63,984 nt of DNA, filler included, from Octopus bimaculoides (GCF_001194135.2; 5 parts of 5 records of this genome joined end to end with filler, not necessarily neighbours in it); one strand, 5' to 3'. Counted from the first letter of the whole stretch, positions 11,650-25,059 are shown. The notes: generated by a model from the sequence alone, not told the origin. A program made the numbers and translations.

Positions 11650-11889
11650 ACACAGGTATGGCTGAGTGATTTGGTTAAGAAACTCGCTTTGCGACTATGG
11701 GATTTCGGGTTCAGTTCCGCTGCGCAGTGCTTTGGGGGCAAGTGTCTTCTACTAAAGCCTCGGACCGATTAATGCTTTTTTAGTGAATTTGATAGACGGT
11801 AACTCTGTGGACGTCGGTTGTATGCATGTGCGTATGTATGTATGCATGTATGTATGTATGTATGTATTTTTGCATGTATGTATGTTTGC

Positions 11890-11922
<33 letters not shown>

Positions 11923-12085
11923 TGTTTGCATGTATGTATGTATGTATGCATGCATGTATGCATGTATGTATGTATGTATGTTTGTGTTTGTCCTCGTTCA
12001 GCTCGACAACCGATGTTAGTTTGTTTTCATTTCTGTAATTTAGCGGTTCGTCAAAAGGTGACTGTAGAATAAGTACCAAACTTTT
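11650..12085 (+). mobile_element. SINE family B with internal (TATG)n
   Basis: A/B-box head, then the microsatellite at 11820-11980, then the gacaaccgatg...gaataagtac tail. Confidence 0.8.
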
Positions 12086-12162
12086 TTAAAACCCCCCAAA
12101 AAACAACTATAGCATTATTATACATCAGCGGTAATTGTCTCTGGTCAATGTTATCCGATATA

Positions 12163-12378
12163 AAGGCGACGAGCTGGCAGAATCGTTAACATGCTGGGAA
12201 AAAGGCTCAGCGGCATTTCGTCCGTCTTCTTGTTCTGAGCTCATATTCCGCCGAGGTCGACTTTGCGTTTCATTCTTTCGAGGTCGATAAAAATAAGTAC
12301 CAAGTGAACACTGGGGTTGATGTAATCGACTAGCGCCTACCCTCGAACTTGCTGGTCTTGTGCCAAAATTTGAAACCA
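12163..12378 (+). mobile_element. SINE family C, full length
   Basis: aaggcgacgagctggcagaatcgtta...gttctgagctcatattccgccgaggtcgac...gtgccaaaatttgaaacc. Confidence 0.85.
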
Positions 12379-13063
12379 AAATTACTCAAAATAGTTTAGC
12401 TTTCAAACTTAAACATTTCTGATTTGAATTCGAGGAAGGTTATCCGCTGCAAGATGTTGAGGATTGAAGTAAAGAGAGAAGGAAAATTTTCTTGTAATAA
12501 GGTAGTGTCATTTCCACGAACAATAAAACTCCCCCGTCATCATCGTAAGCATCAAACGGGGCGACGATCAAACTGTTCTAGGTTGACAGCAGTTGAAAAC
12601 CTATATATGCACAAAAGACGAAAGGATTGGGAAAGTACTGTTTACTTAATTCCGAGTGGCTCTTCATCACATCTGATTTATATGAAGCTGTACGGAGCTC
12701 CAGTACAGGATTGCACATTGTGATATTAACTGAAAATAGAAAGTATACATCACTGTAATCCATCACACACACACACACACACAGCAGATAATCATCGTGT
12801 TAACTAATGAAAAAAGTTATTCCGTCCGTGCGCGCACCATCAGTTCCTCTCAACCCTATAAACTCTGTTTTGGATTTTGGGGATTTAAATAACCAAGCGA
12901 CTTAAGAGATATTTAAGACAGAGTCAGAACATTACCGCATCATTGGCTGACTCAGGCTGTATGTAGCTTGCATATAGATAAAGATATGAGTTAATATTTT
13001 ACAGAATACGAAGATAGAAGATATATGGTTTTTACACACACACACATACCCGCTCGTTCGCAT

Positions 13064-13095
<32 letters not shown>

Positions 13096-13780
13096 CGGTC
13101 AGTAGCTTATGTATCCGAAAAGGAGCATTAAAGTAATAATGTTTAGAAGGCTGTTTATTATGACCGGTCACTTTCTGACCGGCCATAACAAACAAACCTC
13201 GGGCAAAGCGAAAACTCACTTGATCTGGGGATTTTCTTAAACTCTAAAACAGAGATGTTTAGTAAGTGCCCTCATCAGTGGAAATTCATGTTAGAAACAT
13301 GGAATTCCCCATTTGCTGACTAGGGAAATGCTGCCAGCGTCAGACATCTTTGGCAGGATGTCGTAGACATAACTGGAACCGATCTAAGGGAGATAACTCC
13401 TCCTCACTCAGGTTTTGCCAGTAGAGTTTTGTTCTGGATGTTTTGCTTAAAAAATTAACTCACCATGACGTTTTTCTCCTAGTTGTAGGTAGGTTATGTG
13501 CCTCGGGACATTTGAGTCAGACATGCCGCCTATACAGCTAAGCGCTTTATAGCTGCGAAACTAATGGTCACTCTCTTCCTGGCCATAGCAAACAACTTTC
13601 TATATCTGTATACATGATATTTTTATTTTGGTTGAGTCGATCTCTTGCAAATCTGGACTCCTGAAGTTTCGCTTGTATATTCACAGGGATATCAGGAAAG
13701 TTATGACAAGCAAAACTCCAGAGTTCTAGAGCAGCGATATCCTCTGATTTGACCAAAATTGAAATATTATTAATCTCTAT

Positions 13781-13959
<179 letters not shown>

Positions 13960-16601
13960 TTAAAAGCTTATTTTTTAACTACTGGGTGCTATTGTGACGT
14001 GGTAAGTATATAAGTCCTACCGTAATGTGAGCCACTTGTGGCGATGTACTGTATTTCTAGAAAACATGCTTACGTCAATGGACTATTTTGGTATGTATGT
14101 ATGCATATATGTATGTATGTATGTATGTATGTACGTATGTATGTATGCATACATGTATGTAAGTATGTATGTATGCATGCATGTATGTATGCATANNNNN
14201 NNNNNNNNNNNNNNNNNNNNNNNNNNNNNNNNNNNNNNNNNNNNNNNNNNNNNNNNNNNNNNNNNNNNNNNNNNNNNNNNNNNNNNNNNNNNNNNNNNNN
14301 NNNNNNNNNNNNNNNNNNNNNNNNNNNNNNNNNNNNNNNNNNNNNNNNNNNNNNNNNNNNNNNNNNNNNNNNNNNNNNNNNNNNNNNNNNNNNNNNNNNN
14401 NNNNNNNNNNNNNNNNNNNNNNNNNNNNNNNNNNNNNNNNNNNNNNNNNNNNNNNNNNNNNNNNNNNNNNNNNNNNNNNNNNNNNNNNNNNNNNNNNNNN
14501 NNNNNNNNNNNNNNNNNNNNNNNNNNNNNNNNNNNNNNNNNNNNNNNNNNNNNNNNNNNNNNNNNNNNNNNNNNNNNNNNNNNNNNNNNNNNNNNNNNNN
14601 NNNNNNNNNNNNNNNNNNNNNNNNNNNNNNNNNNNNNNNNNNNNNNNNNNNNNNNNNNNNNNNNNNNNNNNNNNNNNNNNNNNNNNNNNNNNNNNNNNNN
14701 NNNNNNNNNNNNNNNNNNNNNNNNNNNNNNNNNNNNNNNNNNNNNNNNNNNNNNNNNNNNNNNNNNNNNNNNNNNNNNNNNNNNNNNNNNNNNNNNNNNN
14801 NNNNNNNNNNNNNNNNNNNNNNNNNNNNNNNNNNNNNNNNNNNNNNNNNNNNNNNNNNNNNNNNNNNNNNNNNNNNNNNNNNNNNNNNNNNNNNNNNNNN
14901 NNNNNNNNNNNNNNNNNNNNNNNNNNNNNNNNCTAGAGACCACATACGAACAAGAAATATGCGCGTCAGCTTTTGAAACAAGAGACGGTAGTCCTAGCAG
15001 GTTGTACAAGACATTAGTATTTCATTTGCAGTTCAGAAGATGGCTTTCAGGAGACGCGATACTGGGCAAATAAATAAATAAATAAATAAATATGTAAATA
15101 AATTTTTAGATTGAGAGATTGAGTTGCTGTGCCGGACCGTCAAATATGAAGTTAACAGATGACTTACAACATAATGGCTCCTTATCGTTATTTTATAGTA
15201 ATTTATTCCACTACAGTTGTTCAAGTTAATCTTTTTCGTTACTGTGGTTGTAAATCTTCTACAATGTTTGACCCCCGCCCACATCCATTCCTTCACTATA
15301 CAAAACTGAGTAAACATTATAATACACTCAATGCATTTCTTCAGATTTCGTATCAAAGAAGTCGAAGTTTAGTCAACAGAAATTTAGTTTCATTTAGTCT
15401 TTGACGGATTAGTAAATGGCTGGTGAATATTAAAAGACTAGAGAAAAAAAACCATCTAATGTAATTAAATCATTCAGATATTAATTCTGTGTTCGGGTCA
15501 GAACATTCAAGCGTACTAGGTTATCGTCTGGGTGTAATATTAGTTGAGGAGATATCCGACATTTTGAGTTGTTCATTCGAGTAGTAATAAGTGTAAGTGA
15601 GGGAGGCTAGAAAGAAAGTAGGGGAAAATTTATAGAGGGGAAATGCAGAAAGAGGAAAAGAAACAGAGATAGATTAAGGGGAAACCTAGCAGAGAGAAAG
15701 AGACAGAGAGGAGGGGGAATCCAAAAAGATTGAAAGAGAAAGTCATGGAATACCAGTGGAAACACAAAGAGACAGGAAGGAGAGAGGGGAGCGGAGAAGA
15801 GGGTGCGTATGTGTGTGTATGGCGTGGCGTATGAGAGGAAAGTAGAGAAACTGTGAGAGAAAAGGAAGACGAGTTTTTGCTGTTTTTTAAAGAAATTAAC
15901 AAGAAAAAAAAATCAAGAAAAAACCGCAACTTAGGTCGATTTATCCTACTTTATGTTTGTCTCCGCGAATATAATTAAAAACATAAAAATTCATCATAAT
16001 AATAAAAAATACCTAAAGATCAATACTGAAGCGGAAAAATCAAATAAAATACATGCGCAAATATGTACAAACCATATATTGAAACACGCGAATAAAGGTT
16101 TTAAAATGTGTTTTCATGTTGCGTCGTTTTTTCGTGTTAAGTCGCATGAATTGGAACCCAATCACTGACGTAAGTTTGCGGATGGTTTGTATTTCTAAGG
16201 TTCCTTCAATTTCTTTTAATGTTAAAAATGTAATTTAAAGATTTAGCTACTATCAATTGAGTACATCGATGTCCAAAGAAGTTCCAGCTTTCTTAGGACT
16301 ACATTGTCCAACGTATCCTTGCTTTTCTAAGGTGGCTGAATGCAATTTGAAGATTTAGCCGCTATTTTCTGTAGATCGAGTGTCCATGTAGAGACTCCCT
16401 CAGTGTGATATTGTTTAGTGCAATGGTACATAATATAGTACAGAGATATCATGTTGTAGTGTGGCATAGTGATGTGTAATCTCTCTATCAATATGCGTTA
16501 AGTCTCTGGATATGTTCCCAGAAACGAATCCAAAAGGTGCATAACGCGTAGAAAGGAAGAAAGAGAGGAGGACGAAGAGAGACAAAGTAAAAAATTGTGA
16601 C

Positions 16602-16644
<43 letters not shown>

Positions 16645-16646
<2 letters not shown>

Positions 16647-16735
16647 GGAGTAAGCACCAAACTGTCCGATGAACGGGAACGTGAAACTCAGAGTAACAGT
16701 CTTTTGTTATATTTCTGCTGCCTTTAAATAAAAAA
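16645..16735 (+). mobile_element. Family G short repeat with hammerhead at 16661-16700
   Basis: ACUGU CCGAUGA ACG-GGAA-CGU GAAA CUC-A-GAG UA ACAGU. Preceded by ccggagtaagcac, the inverted family end; set in (TA)n. Confidence 0.75.
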
Positions 16736-17618
16736 ATATATATATATATATATATATAGGCACACACACACGCACACAAACAGACATACCTGACACAGTA
16801 TAAGTATATATGTGTGTATGTGTGTGTATATATGTATGTGGCGCGCACACACAGATACAGACACAGACACACACACACACACACACACACACACGAACAC
16901 ACATACAAGCACATATGGCCGTGCTGACATGTATATACGCGGACTGATAAGTACTTTACACATTAGTTTCCGCATATGCATATGCGTAGTGTTTTGTTCG
17001 ATTTACATACTTACCACTTTCCTTCTCTTTATTACTAATAAAAGACGGTTGGCATCGGTTAAAAAACAATGACAACCTCACAATATTACTCATGATATGT
17101 AAGTGCTCGTAAGTCTTTTAGTTCTCTCTCTCTCTCTCTCTCTTTCATTGATGTGAAAGATGAAGAGAAATAAGGAAATGAAAGTGTTTCACAAAGAGGG
17201 AGAAAATGGTTTGCTGCATCTCCGAACAGAGTCCGAGAATTGTAGAGAGAATCTATGAAAGAAAGAGGGAGAGAAAAATATAGTGTGGGAGAATGAAGAA
17301 AAATGCATGAATTTTCTTTCAAACTATTCTTTGGTCTTATAACACACAAAGCAGAAGGTCAAATGCTTTTGAGGATTGTCATCGGGCTAAAGATCAATGT
17401 ATGCTTCTCTCATGATCAGCTTTATATGATTATGTCCAGAGTAGCAATTTAAAGACGCATTTTATTATGGCACGCAGTTATGCAACTTAAGTCATTTGAA
17501 TTCTGCTCACGATTCCTTTTCTCCGATCGTAGGACTGACATTAGATTAGTGGTGTATAATATTTTGTATTAATAATACAAAGTAATGCTTACTCATTACT
17601 TTGATGAATTGCTTTTCC

Positions 17619-18182
17619 GGATCTATTTTAAAACGGGGGCCACATTTTTCATTAACGAAACACTTTGAAACTTGGAACACTGGTAGAATGTGTCATATAA
17701 AACATCTTTTTCTCTTAGTCTTCTTAAAAAAAAAGAAATCCCTAAGTTATTCCATGTTAAAGTTGTTGTATTTCTGTAATTTCAACCAATCACTGACGTC
17801 CATTCAGCCGATATACATTAAGTGCCGACTACATAAACAAACGATTCTGAAACAATTCTATCGGTGATAGGGTTAGGGTTAGGGTTAGGGTAAAACAGCA
17901 AATTTAAAAAGAAAAAAGAAAAACGAAGCTATGGAAATTAAATACGCTTTACACCGCTTAATCAGCCAAAGGAGTAAACATAAACAACTGAATACTTGTC
18001 AGTGATTGGTTGACATTATCGAAATAAGACAATTTTTTACATGAAATAAATTCGAATACAAAAATATTTTTCTGTTCTATAACACAAAATAGATAAGTAT
18101 ACGAAGTTTGAAAGTCTTTCCGTACCAAAAACACTACGTAAAACATTAATGAAAAATGTGGCCCCCGTTTTAAAAAAGATCC
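17619..18182. mobile_element. Merlin-like MITE copy 1
   Basis: TIR GGATCT(A/T)TTTTAAAACGGGGGCCACATTTTTCATTAA. Flanks gcttttcc and ccttttcc (8-bp TSD, one mismatch). Confidence 0.85.
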
Positions 18183-18350
18183 CCTTTTCCTATCCAATCT
18201 TTGATTGTAGCACTGAAATTAAGAGTATGAATAGAACTATTTCAGTGCTGGAAATTACCATGACACTCGTGAGTTTTACTTTGCTTATACTGCATATAAC
18301 ACTGCTTTTTGATTTGTTAGTTGCACTGGACCACTGAAAGTTAAGGTACA

Positions 18351-18703
18351 GTTGGCACTCCGTCGCTTGAGACGTCGAGGGTTCCACTTGATCCGATCAA
18401 CAGAACAGCCTGCTCGTGAAATTAACGTGCAAGTGGCTGAGCACTCCACAGACACGTGAACCCTTAACGTAGTTCTTGGGGATATTCAGCGTGACACAGT
18501 GTGACAAGGCTGACCCTTTGAATTACAGGTACAACAGAAACAGGAAGAACGAGTGAGAGAAAGTTGTGGTGAAAGAGTACAGCAGGGTTCGCCACCATCC
18601 CCTGCCGGAGCCTCGTGGAGCTTTAGGTGTTTTCGCTCAATAAACACTCACAATGACCGTCCTGGGAATCGAAACCGCGATCCTATGACCGCGAGTCTGC
18701 TGC
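18351..18703 (-). mobile_element. SINE family A, slightly 5'-truncated
   Basis: Reverse complement of 40502-40940. 11-bp TSD taaggtacagt at 18342-18352 and 18704-18714. Confidence 0.9.
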
Positions 18704-18824
18704 TAAGGTACAGTATATGGCTAAAAATAGACTACAAGCCTCTATTCCTTTGATTTCCTATTTATTCGCGGTTAGATTAAACGCTTGACATCTCTCATTT
18801 TCAGGGTCTTTATATTGCAACATC

Positions 18825-19745
18825 TTTTATCTTTTACTCGTTTCAGTCATTGGGCTGCGACCATGCTGGGACACCGCTTTGAAGGCTTTTAGTCGAATAA
18901 ATCGACCTCAGTATCTTTTTTTTATTTTTAAGTCTGGTACTTATTCTATCGGAACCCGTTTACCGAAGCACTAAGTCACAGGGAAACAAACTGCCTAACA
19001 AAGTGAAACTCACTCTTTAAGTACCAGTTTTACTGCGCATGCGCACTCGAGGGGCTTCAGGTGGTGAAGTCCCATGCGCATGTGCAGAATAGTATTTCCT
19101 CAATGGCGGCTATAATTTCGCGCCACGGATCTATTTTAAAACGGGGGCCACATTTTTCATTAATGTTTTACGTAGTGTTTTTGGTACGGAAAGACTTTCA
19201 AACTTCGTATACTTATCTATTTTGTGTTATAGAACAGAAAAATATTTTTGTATTCGAATTTATTTCATGTAAAAAATTGTCTTATTTCGATAATTTCAAC
19301 CAATCACTGACAAGTATTCAGTTGTTTACATTTACTCCTTTGGCTGATTAAGCGGTGTAAAGCGTATTTAATCTCCATACCTTCGTTTTATTTGCTTTTT
19401 TCATNNNNNNNNNNNNNNNNNNNNNNNNNNNNNNNNNNNNNNNNNNNNNNNNNNNNNNNNNNNNNNNNNNNNNNNNNNNNNNNNNNNNNNNNNNNNNNNN
19501 NNNNNNNNNNNNNNNNNNNNNNNNNNNNNNNNNNNNNNNNNNNNNNNNNNNNNNNNNNNNNNNNNNNNNNNNNNNNNNNNNNNNNNNNNNNNNNNNNNNN
19601 NNNNNNNNNNNNNNNNNNNNNNNNNNNNNNNNNNNNNNNNNNNTGTGGCCCCCGTTTTAAAAAAGATCCCGCGCCACTACAAAGCTATAGTATTGATTAC
19701 CCTTTCTTCCGACAATGGACTCTAAACCGCTAAAACATATCACAC

Positions 19746-19785
<40 letters not shown>

Positions 19786-19960
19786 TACACTTCGGCACAA
19801 TTTCCGTCTACCAAATTCATTCATACAGCATTAATCGGCTCCGGGCTATAATAGAAGACGTTACTCTATACTTGAAGGTGCTTATTGCTGCGCAGTGAGA
19901 CTAAGCTAGAAAGTAATTAGTTGCAAAGCGAGCTTCTTAACCACGCAGTCATGCCTGTGC
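18825..19960 (-). mobile_element. SINE family B split by nested insertions (tail 18825-19005, head 19790-19960)
   Basis: Tail cagtcattgggctgcgaccatgctgg...gtacttattctatcgg and head ttccgtctaccaaattca...gcttcttaaccac. Confidence 0.7.
19127..19669. mobile_element. Merlin-like MITE copy 2, inverted relative to copy 1
   Basis: Same TIR. Perfect 8-bp TSD CGCGCCAC at 19119-19126 and 19670-19677. Internal N gap. Confidence 0.92.
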
Positions 19961-20829
19961 CAGCGAAAATGTTGAATTAAAAACTGTAGTAACGCCTGCG
20001 CATGCGTAGTCTTACGCATGCGTAGAATAAAACAAGCAAGCGTTTCCCGCTCAATTCATTTTCTTTCTCGCTGGCCAGCGATTGAGCATGGACGTATGTT
20101 TAAAAGCTGTCTCTACATCTTTCGGTCTTATACTCGACAGCTAGTTATTCTCACCTCTAAAGATGTATAACGAAAGATATGTATGTTTTACCAAGTAAAT
20201 AAATGTTGTTTAAGTTGTTTAGTCTGGAGTTCAGCGTTCCGTCTATTTCTTTAATTTTATAGTAGAAAGTCAGGTATACAATCTAAAGATGTATAACCCA
20301 CTTTCTACTAAAAAACTATGGTATGTTGAATTAAAAGCATTATGGCAGTTAAGTCACGTGTCTATCAAACACAAGTACCTCTGTAAAGATATATTGACAG
20401 ATTACTTATTAGGATAGATATAGGAATGTTACAGAGAATTGAAAAACTAGGGCTTGTAGATATTCTGAAGGTTTTTACAAACATTTCGACATATTTTATA
20501 CATATTTTCTGATATGTACCTGATTCTTGTTTTAAAAAACAGGAAACTCTTGATGTATTTCTCAAATCATGAACAACAACAACAACAACAAGAATTTCTC
20601 GAAGCTGCGATGGCTCGAATATATGCATAAAAATACGGAGAAACTTTGAACAGGGGCTTACAAAAATGTTTGAACTGGAACAGACAAGTTATACAGGGAT
20701 GGGTAAGGGTGAAGACGTTATCCAATATATAATAATTTTTAAAAATTATTCAGACAAATATTTACTTGGAATAAATGAAGAAAGAGTACGATAAAACACT
20801 ATAATTAAAAAAAAAAAAGATCTCTTTAT

Positions 20830-21510
20830 TAAAATAAACTTCCACTCTTGCATTGATCAGTGCATCCCACGTTTCCGGTCTTGTTCATACCTACTTCCTT
20901 CCAGTATTGTTCAAAGCTGCAGGTTTCCGGTTTTCTCGTGTGCCAGTCCACATCCTCTGAATCCTTGACTTATGATACCAATGTCTATCCGAAATTTATA
21001 CTAATATTCTGTCCTTTTTATGCTGTTTAAAATGAGATACAGTTTCTTTTTCGTCCCGTAATACATCTGTATATTCTTTGTGTTTATTGTGTAAGTACCT
21101 TATAAAAGCTTTTTTTTTTATCTTACGATAGAATTGTGAATTTCATTTCTTTCGTAGAGGAAGCTGGCTCTTCTTTACAGGATATGGGCTTCTTTCCACT
21201 ACAATTAGTACTTCCTTCACAGAGAAAGAGAATCTCCTTGTCACAGGAGGTGTACTAACTTCTCGTATATTTTGATAGCTTTATATTGTTGTCGGGTCCT
21301 TTTATTTTTCTTTAAAGAAAACTTTTAAGCTGGTCTTGTCGTTTGGCTGTCTATGTTGGATGCTAAGTTTTAAATTCTTCCTCTTGGTACCTTCTGGTAT
21401 TGTTTTCGGGTCTTGCGGGGTCACGAGGATTTATAAGTTCATGATGGTCTTACTCGACCACTTACTCGTATAGTGCCACAAAGGTGGCTCCTCACCCGAG
21501 GGCGACATCA
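20830..21510 (-). mobile_element. Highly decayed retroelement-like segment
   Basis: Purine-rich minus strand; YKFRIDIGIISQGFRGCG weakly resembles the APE motif of RTE/CR1 LINEs. Confidence 0.3.
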
Positions 21511-21689
21511 TTGCTAATGTCCCCTTGACGATAACACTTATGTTCAGTCTTCCCAAACATTACGAGACGAGCTTATGGCAGGTGTGTCAGATACAGTTTG
21601 AGCTTGCCTTTCGCCCTCTCCTCTATTTTAAAGATGACTCTTATGGTGTCATATATCTTCCTTTTCCCATACCCTACTGGGTCACATGT

Positions 21690-21976
21690 GGAGGCGCAAT
21701 GGCCCAGTGGTTAGGGCAGCGGACTCGCGGTTTCGATTCCCAGACCGGGCGTTGTGAGTGTTTATTGAGCGAAAACACCTAAAGCTCCACGAGGCTCCGG
21801 CAGGGGATGGTGGCGAACCCTGCTGTACTCTTTCACCACAACTTTCTCTCCCTCTTACTTCCTGTTTCTGTTGTGCTTGTAATTCAAAGGGCCAGCCTTG
21901 TCACACTGTCATGCTGAATATCCCCGAGAACTACGTTAAGGGTACACGTGTCTGTGGAGTTCTCAGCCACTTGCAC
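21690..21976 (+). mobile_element. SINE family A, runs into gap
   Basis: GGAGGCGCAATGGCCCAGTGGTTAGGGCAGCGGACTCGCGG...TTTCGATTCCC (A and B boxes). Confidence 0.92.
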
Positions 21977-22221
21977 NNNNNNNNNNNNNNNNNNNNNNNN
22001 NNNNNNNNNNNNNNNNNNNNNNNNNNNNNNNNNNNNNNNNNNNNNNNNNNNNNNNNNNNNNNNNNNNNNNNNNNNNNNNNNNNNNNNNNNNNNNNNNNNN
22101 NNNNNNNNNNNNNNNNNNNNNNNNNNNNNNNNNNNNNNNNNNNNNNNNNNNNNNNNNNNNNNNNNNNNNNNNNNNNNNNNNNNNNNNNNNNNNNNNNNNN
22201 NNNNNNNNNNNNNNNNNNNNN

Positions 22222-22657
22222 AGATTTAAAAATTTTATTTTATTTTTGTTTTTATAACAGTTTGAAACTTCGTATACTGGTGTAATTTCTCACGCTGAAC
22301 ACGGTTTACTCTCAACATTTTGGAGAAAATTTCGTATTTTAGAAGTTATTTCGTGTTAAAGTTGTCGTATTTGAGTAATTTTAACCAGTCAACGACGTGT
22401 ATTCAGCTGAAGTAGTAGAGATGACCCGAAAGTTGTTGCTCTTCGATTACTATCGCAAACAGCAATAGGTTTCTTTGGCTGAATACACGTCGTTGATTGG
22501 CTAAAATTACCCAAATACGACATCTTTAACACGAAATAACTTCTAAAATACGAAATTTTGTCAAAAACGTTTAAAGTAAGTCCTATTCAGCTGGAGAAAT
22601 CACACCAGTATACGAAGTTTTAAACTGTTTAGTTTTAAAAAATAAATTAAAAAATCT
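22222..22657. mobile_element. Foldback MITE with about 185-bp inverted arms
   Basis: 22222-22407 is the near reverse complement of 22478-22657. Subterminal blocks resemble the Merlin-like MITE. Confidence 0.85.
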
Positions 22658-23076
22658 GTGAGCCAAACTGAAGAGATTCCATATTTTTATACTTTAGTCA
22701 GGAAAAAAGGACTACACGCGAGACTTTTGCAAACGTTTCGAGGATGGTGAAATAGATGGAGTTTATGTTTAACTTGTGTAGAAAAAAAAGTGTGTGTGGT
22801 GGTGGAGGTGGAGGGGGGAACAGGCTCAGGAAAAGGAATTCCAGGGACGACATTCTGGAAAGTAAAGATCCGGCGCAATGATTAGTGGTGTGCTGGAGTA
22901 ATGAGATACAGTAGTTGTGGTGGATGGGGAGTGACTGGTGTGCTAATTGGGGTTGGATAGATGTTATGGAACTAGCTAGTCCCAAGGGATATAAGCTGTT
23001 GTATAAAACAGGCAGGGCGAGGAGACATTCGTGATCTTGAGATTAAACTGTGTTGGTAAGCTCTTGATAATCAGCT

Positions 23077-23159
<83 letters not shown>

Positions 23160-23162
<3 letters not shown>

Positions 23163-23440
23163 ATAATTTCAAATTAATAATAAAAGGGTAAAATTAATTA
23201 ATCAAATTAATTAATTAACCAATCAGTTAATTAATAATTTTACCAAGTAGCTCGGTACGTTAAAATAACCTTTATAGGTAAAGTTTATACAAATATTCTA
23301 TAATTATAAACATAATTATAATTAGGGATCAGCTAATTGTTTCACCAAATACCGAATTTAGAAATAGGAGTTAAAAATTCCTTTTCTACTACTATAAGAA
23401 TCTCCACGACGGTAACACACTTTTTTACGTAGGCAAAGAG
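23160..23440 (-). repeat. AT-rich dispersed repeat family I (also 27622-27720 +, 47251-47405 +)
   Basis: Shared core ac(c/t)ga(g/a)ctac(t/c)(t/c)gg(t/c)aaaatt(a/g)ttaa(t)ta. Confidence 0.65.
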
Positions 23441-23555
23441 AAAAACAATGAATCAACACGATTGTATATTTATNNNNNNNNNNNNNNNNNNNNNNNNNNN
23501 NNNNNNNNNNNNNNNNNNNNNNNNNNNNNNNNNNNNNNNNNNNNNNNNNNNNNNN

Positions 23556-23720
23556 GATGGAACAGGGACAACTGAAGAAGGGAAATATTCTTTATGTTGC
23601 ATGTCTCGTTTCTCTGTTTGTTTTTTTCGTTGTTGGAAAAAAATGTTCGTTTTCTGTCTTCGTCTTTATGTTTTTTGTTTCTCATTGTGTTTAACGTTTT
23701 TTGTGATGTCCTGTACCCAT
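23556..23720 (+). repeat. Diverged member of repeat family K
   Basis: ctgaagaagggaaatattctttatgttgc aligns with ctgatgaaggagatgttctctatgtggc at 45897. Confidence 0.5.
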
Positions 23721-23727
23721 ATATACA

Positions 23728-23764
<37 letters not shown>

Positions 23765-25059
23765 TGGATACTGTCTTGAATATTTTTGAGTGTAGCATCA
23801 GCAGCATCAGCTGCATCTTAGATGTGAAAGCAACACTTCATTGTGAGTCTCACTTGAGTTATGTAGGGAGTTCACAATTGTCAGAGCCGAAAAGTTTTTC
23901 CGTCCTCAAGGAAAGAACTTTGGGTCATCTGGAAAGTTTCGCAGAAATTGTGAAGTCTAGAAGTTAAAGCTATTTTGAGGCTTTTAACTGCGATTTGTCC
24001 ATGTGGTGGTGAGGGACTATATAGTTTAGTTGTTATGTATAATGAAGTGAATGTATTCGCATTGCTGAAAGAGACTTGATTATTTTCTTTCCATTCAAAG
24101 ATATTTTTTAATATCTCTTTGGTTGCAGTGCACACTTCGTGTGTGATGTTTGAGTTTCATGTGTGTGACGTCAGTGCGCGGGAGATTCAGGAATCATGAA
24201 GCGGAACATTATCTAGAGAATATTATGCGTTGTAGGAAGTGGTTGAAAGCAGATCATTTCTGTAGGAAGTAGCAGAAAGATCATTTCTGTAGGAAGTGGT
24301 AGAAATCAGAGGAAGAGTGTGGGAGACATAATCAACCTTTTTAGTTTATTGATATAACTAAGGTGTACATCCGAGAGTGTCCTACCAACACACGCTATGA
24401 TAGTGTTAACAGACAGGAAACCCAGCAGTGGGTGGCTTAGTTTTGGAAGTTATCATACGAGACACGGTTAACATATACTACGACATTGTTTTAACTGAAG
24501 AATTTAAGAGTACGAGACCATACTGTGTGACGTAAGTGCTTTGTAGATCGAACTTTACGTAAATAGTACTGGAAGTCGTGGAGGAGGAATACACACTCAG
24601 TTTTGGAGATGATTGTTAACTGCAGTTTTCATAATTTTTGAGATGTCGAAAGTGAAAGAGATGAGTCAGAAGTCGGCAATATCAGAAACGTTGCCTTTCT
24701 TGGGATATGATACAGGATAGCATGTTTCTTAATAATGGGACAGAAGCCTTTAGAGAGAAACTGAAGAATTTAGCAAGGACAATGACAGTTTGAGGTTAAT
24801 GGAAATAATATTGGTGGCCTCGTTTCATGTTAACATGAAACAATTGGACAACACGCAGGCACAACATTTAATGTGTGTGTGTGTGTATGTGTGTGTGTGT
24901 GTGTGTGTGCGTGAGAGAGAGAGAGAGAGAGAGAGAGAGCTGTAGAATATGGAAGTTTTTGATGACGTTTGAGGAATTAATGTNNNNNNNNNNTGTATTT
25001 TGGAGTTTGACGCAAAACGTAGCAAAAGCGGAAGATTTCTCTGCAGAAGTATTGCTTAC

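Noticed and set aside
11463-11669. ORF with RYTD resembling an RT YADD motif
   Set aside because: Similarity too weak to assign.
19061-19351. ORF MVKSHAHVQNSISSMAAIISRH...
   Set aside because: It reads into the MITE; without the MITE the MAA frame stops after 23 codons.
20590-20760. KLRWLEYMH resembling RTE RLRWLGHV
   Set aside because: Multiple stops and too short to call.
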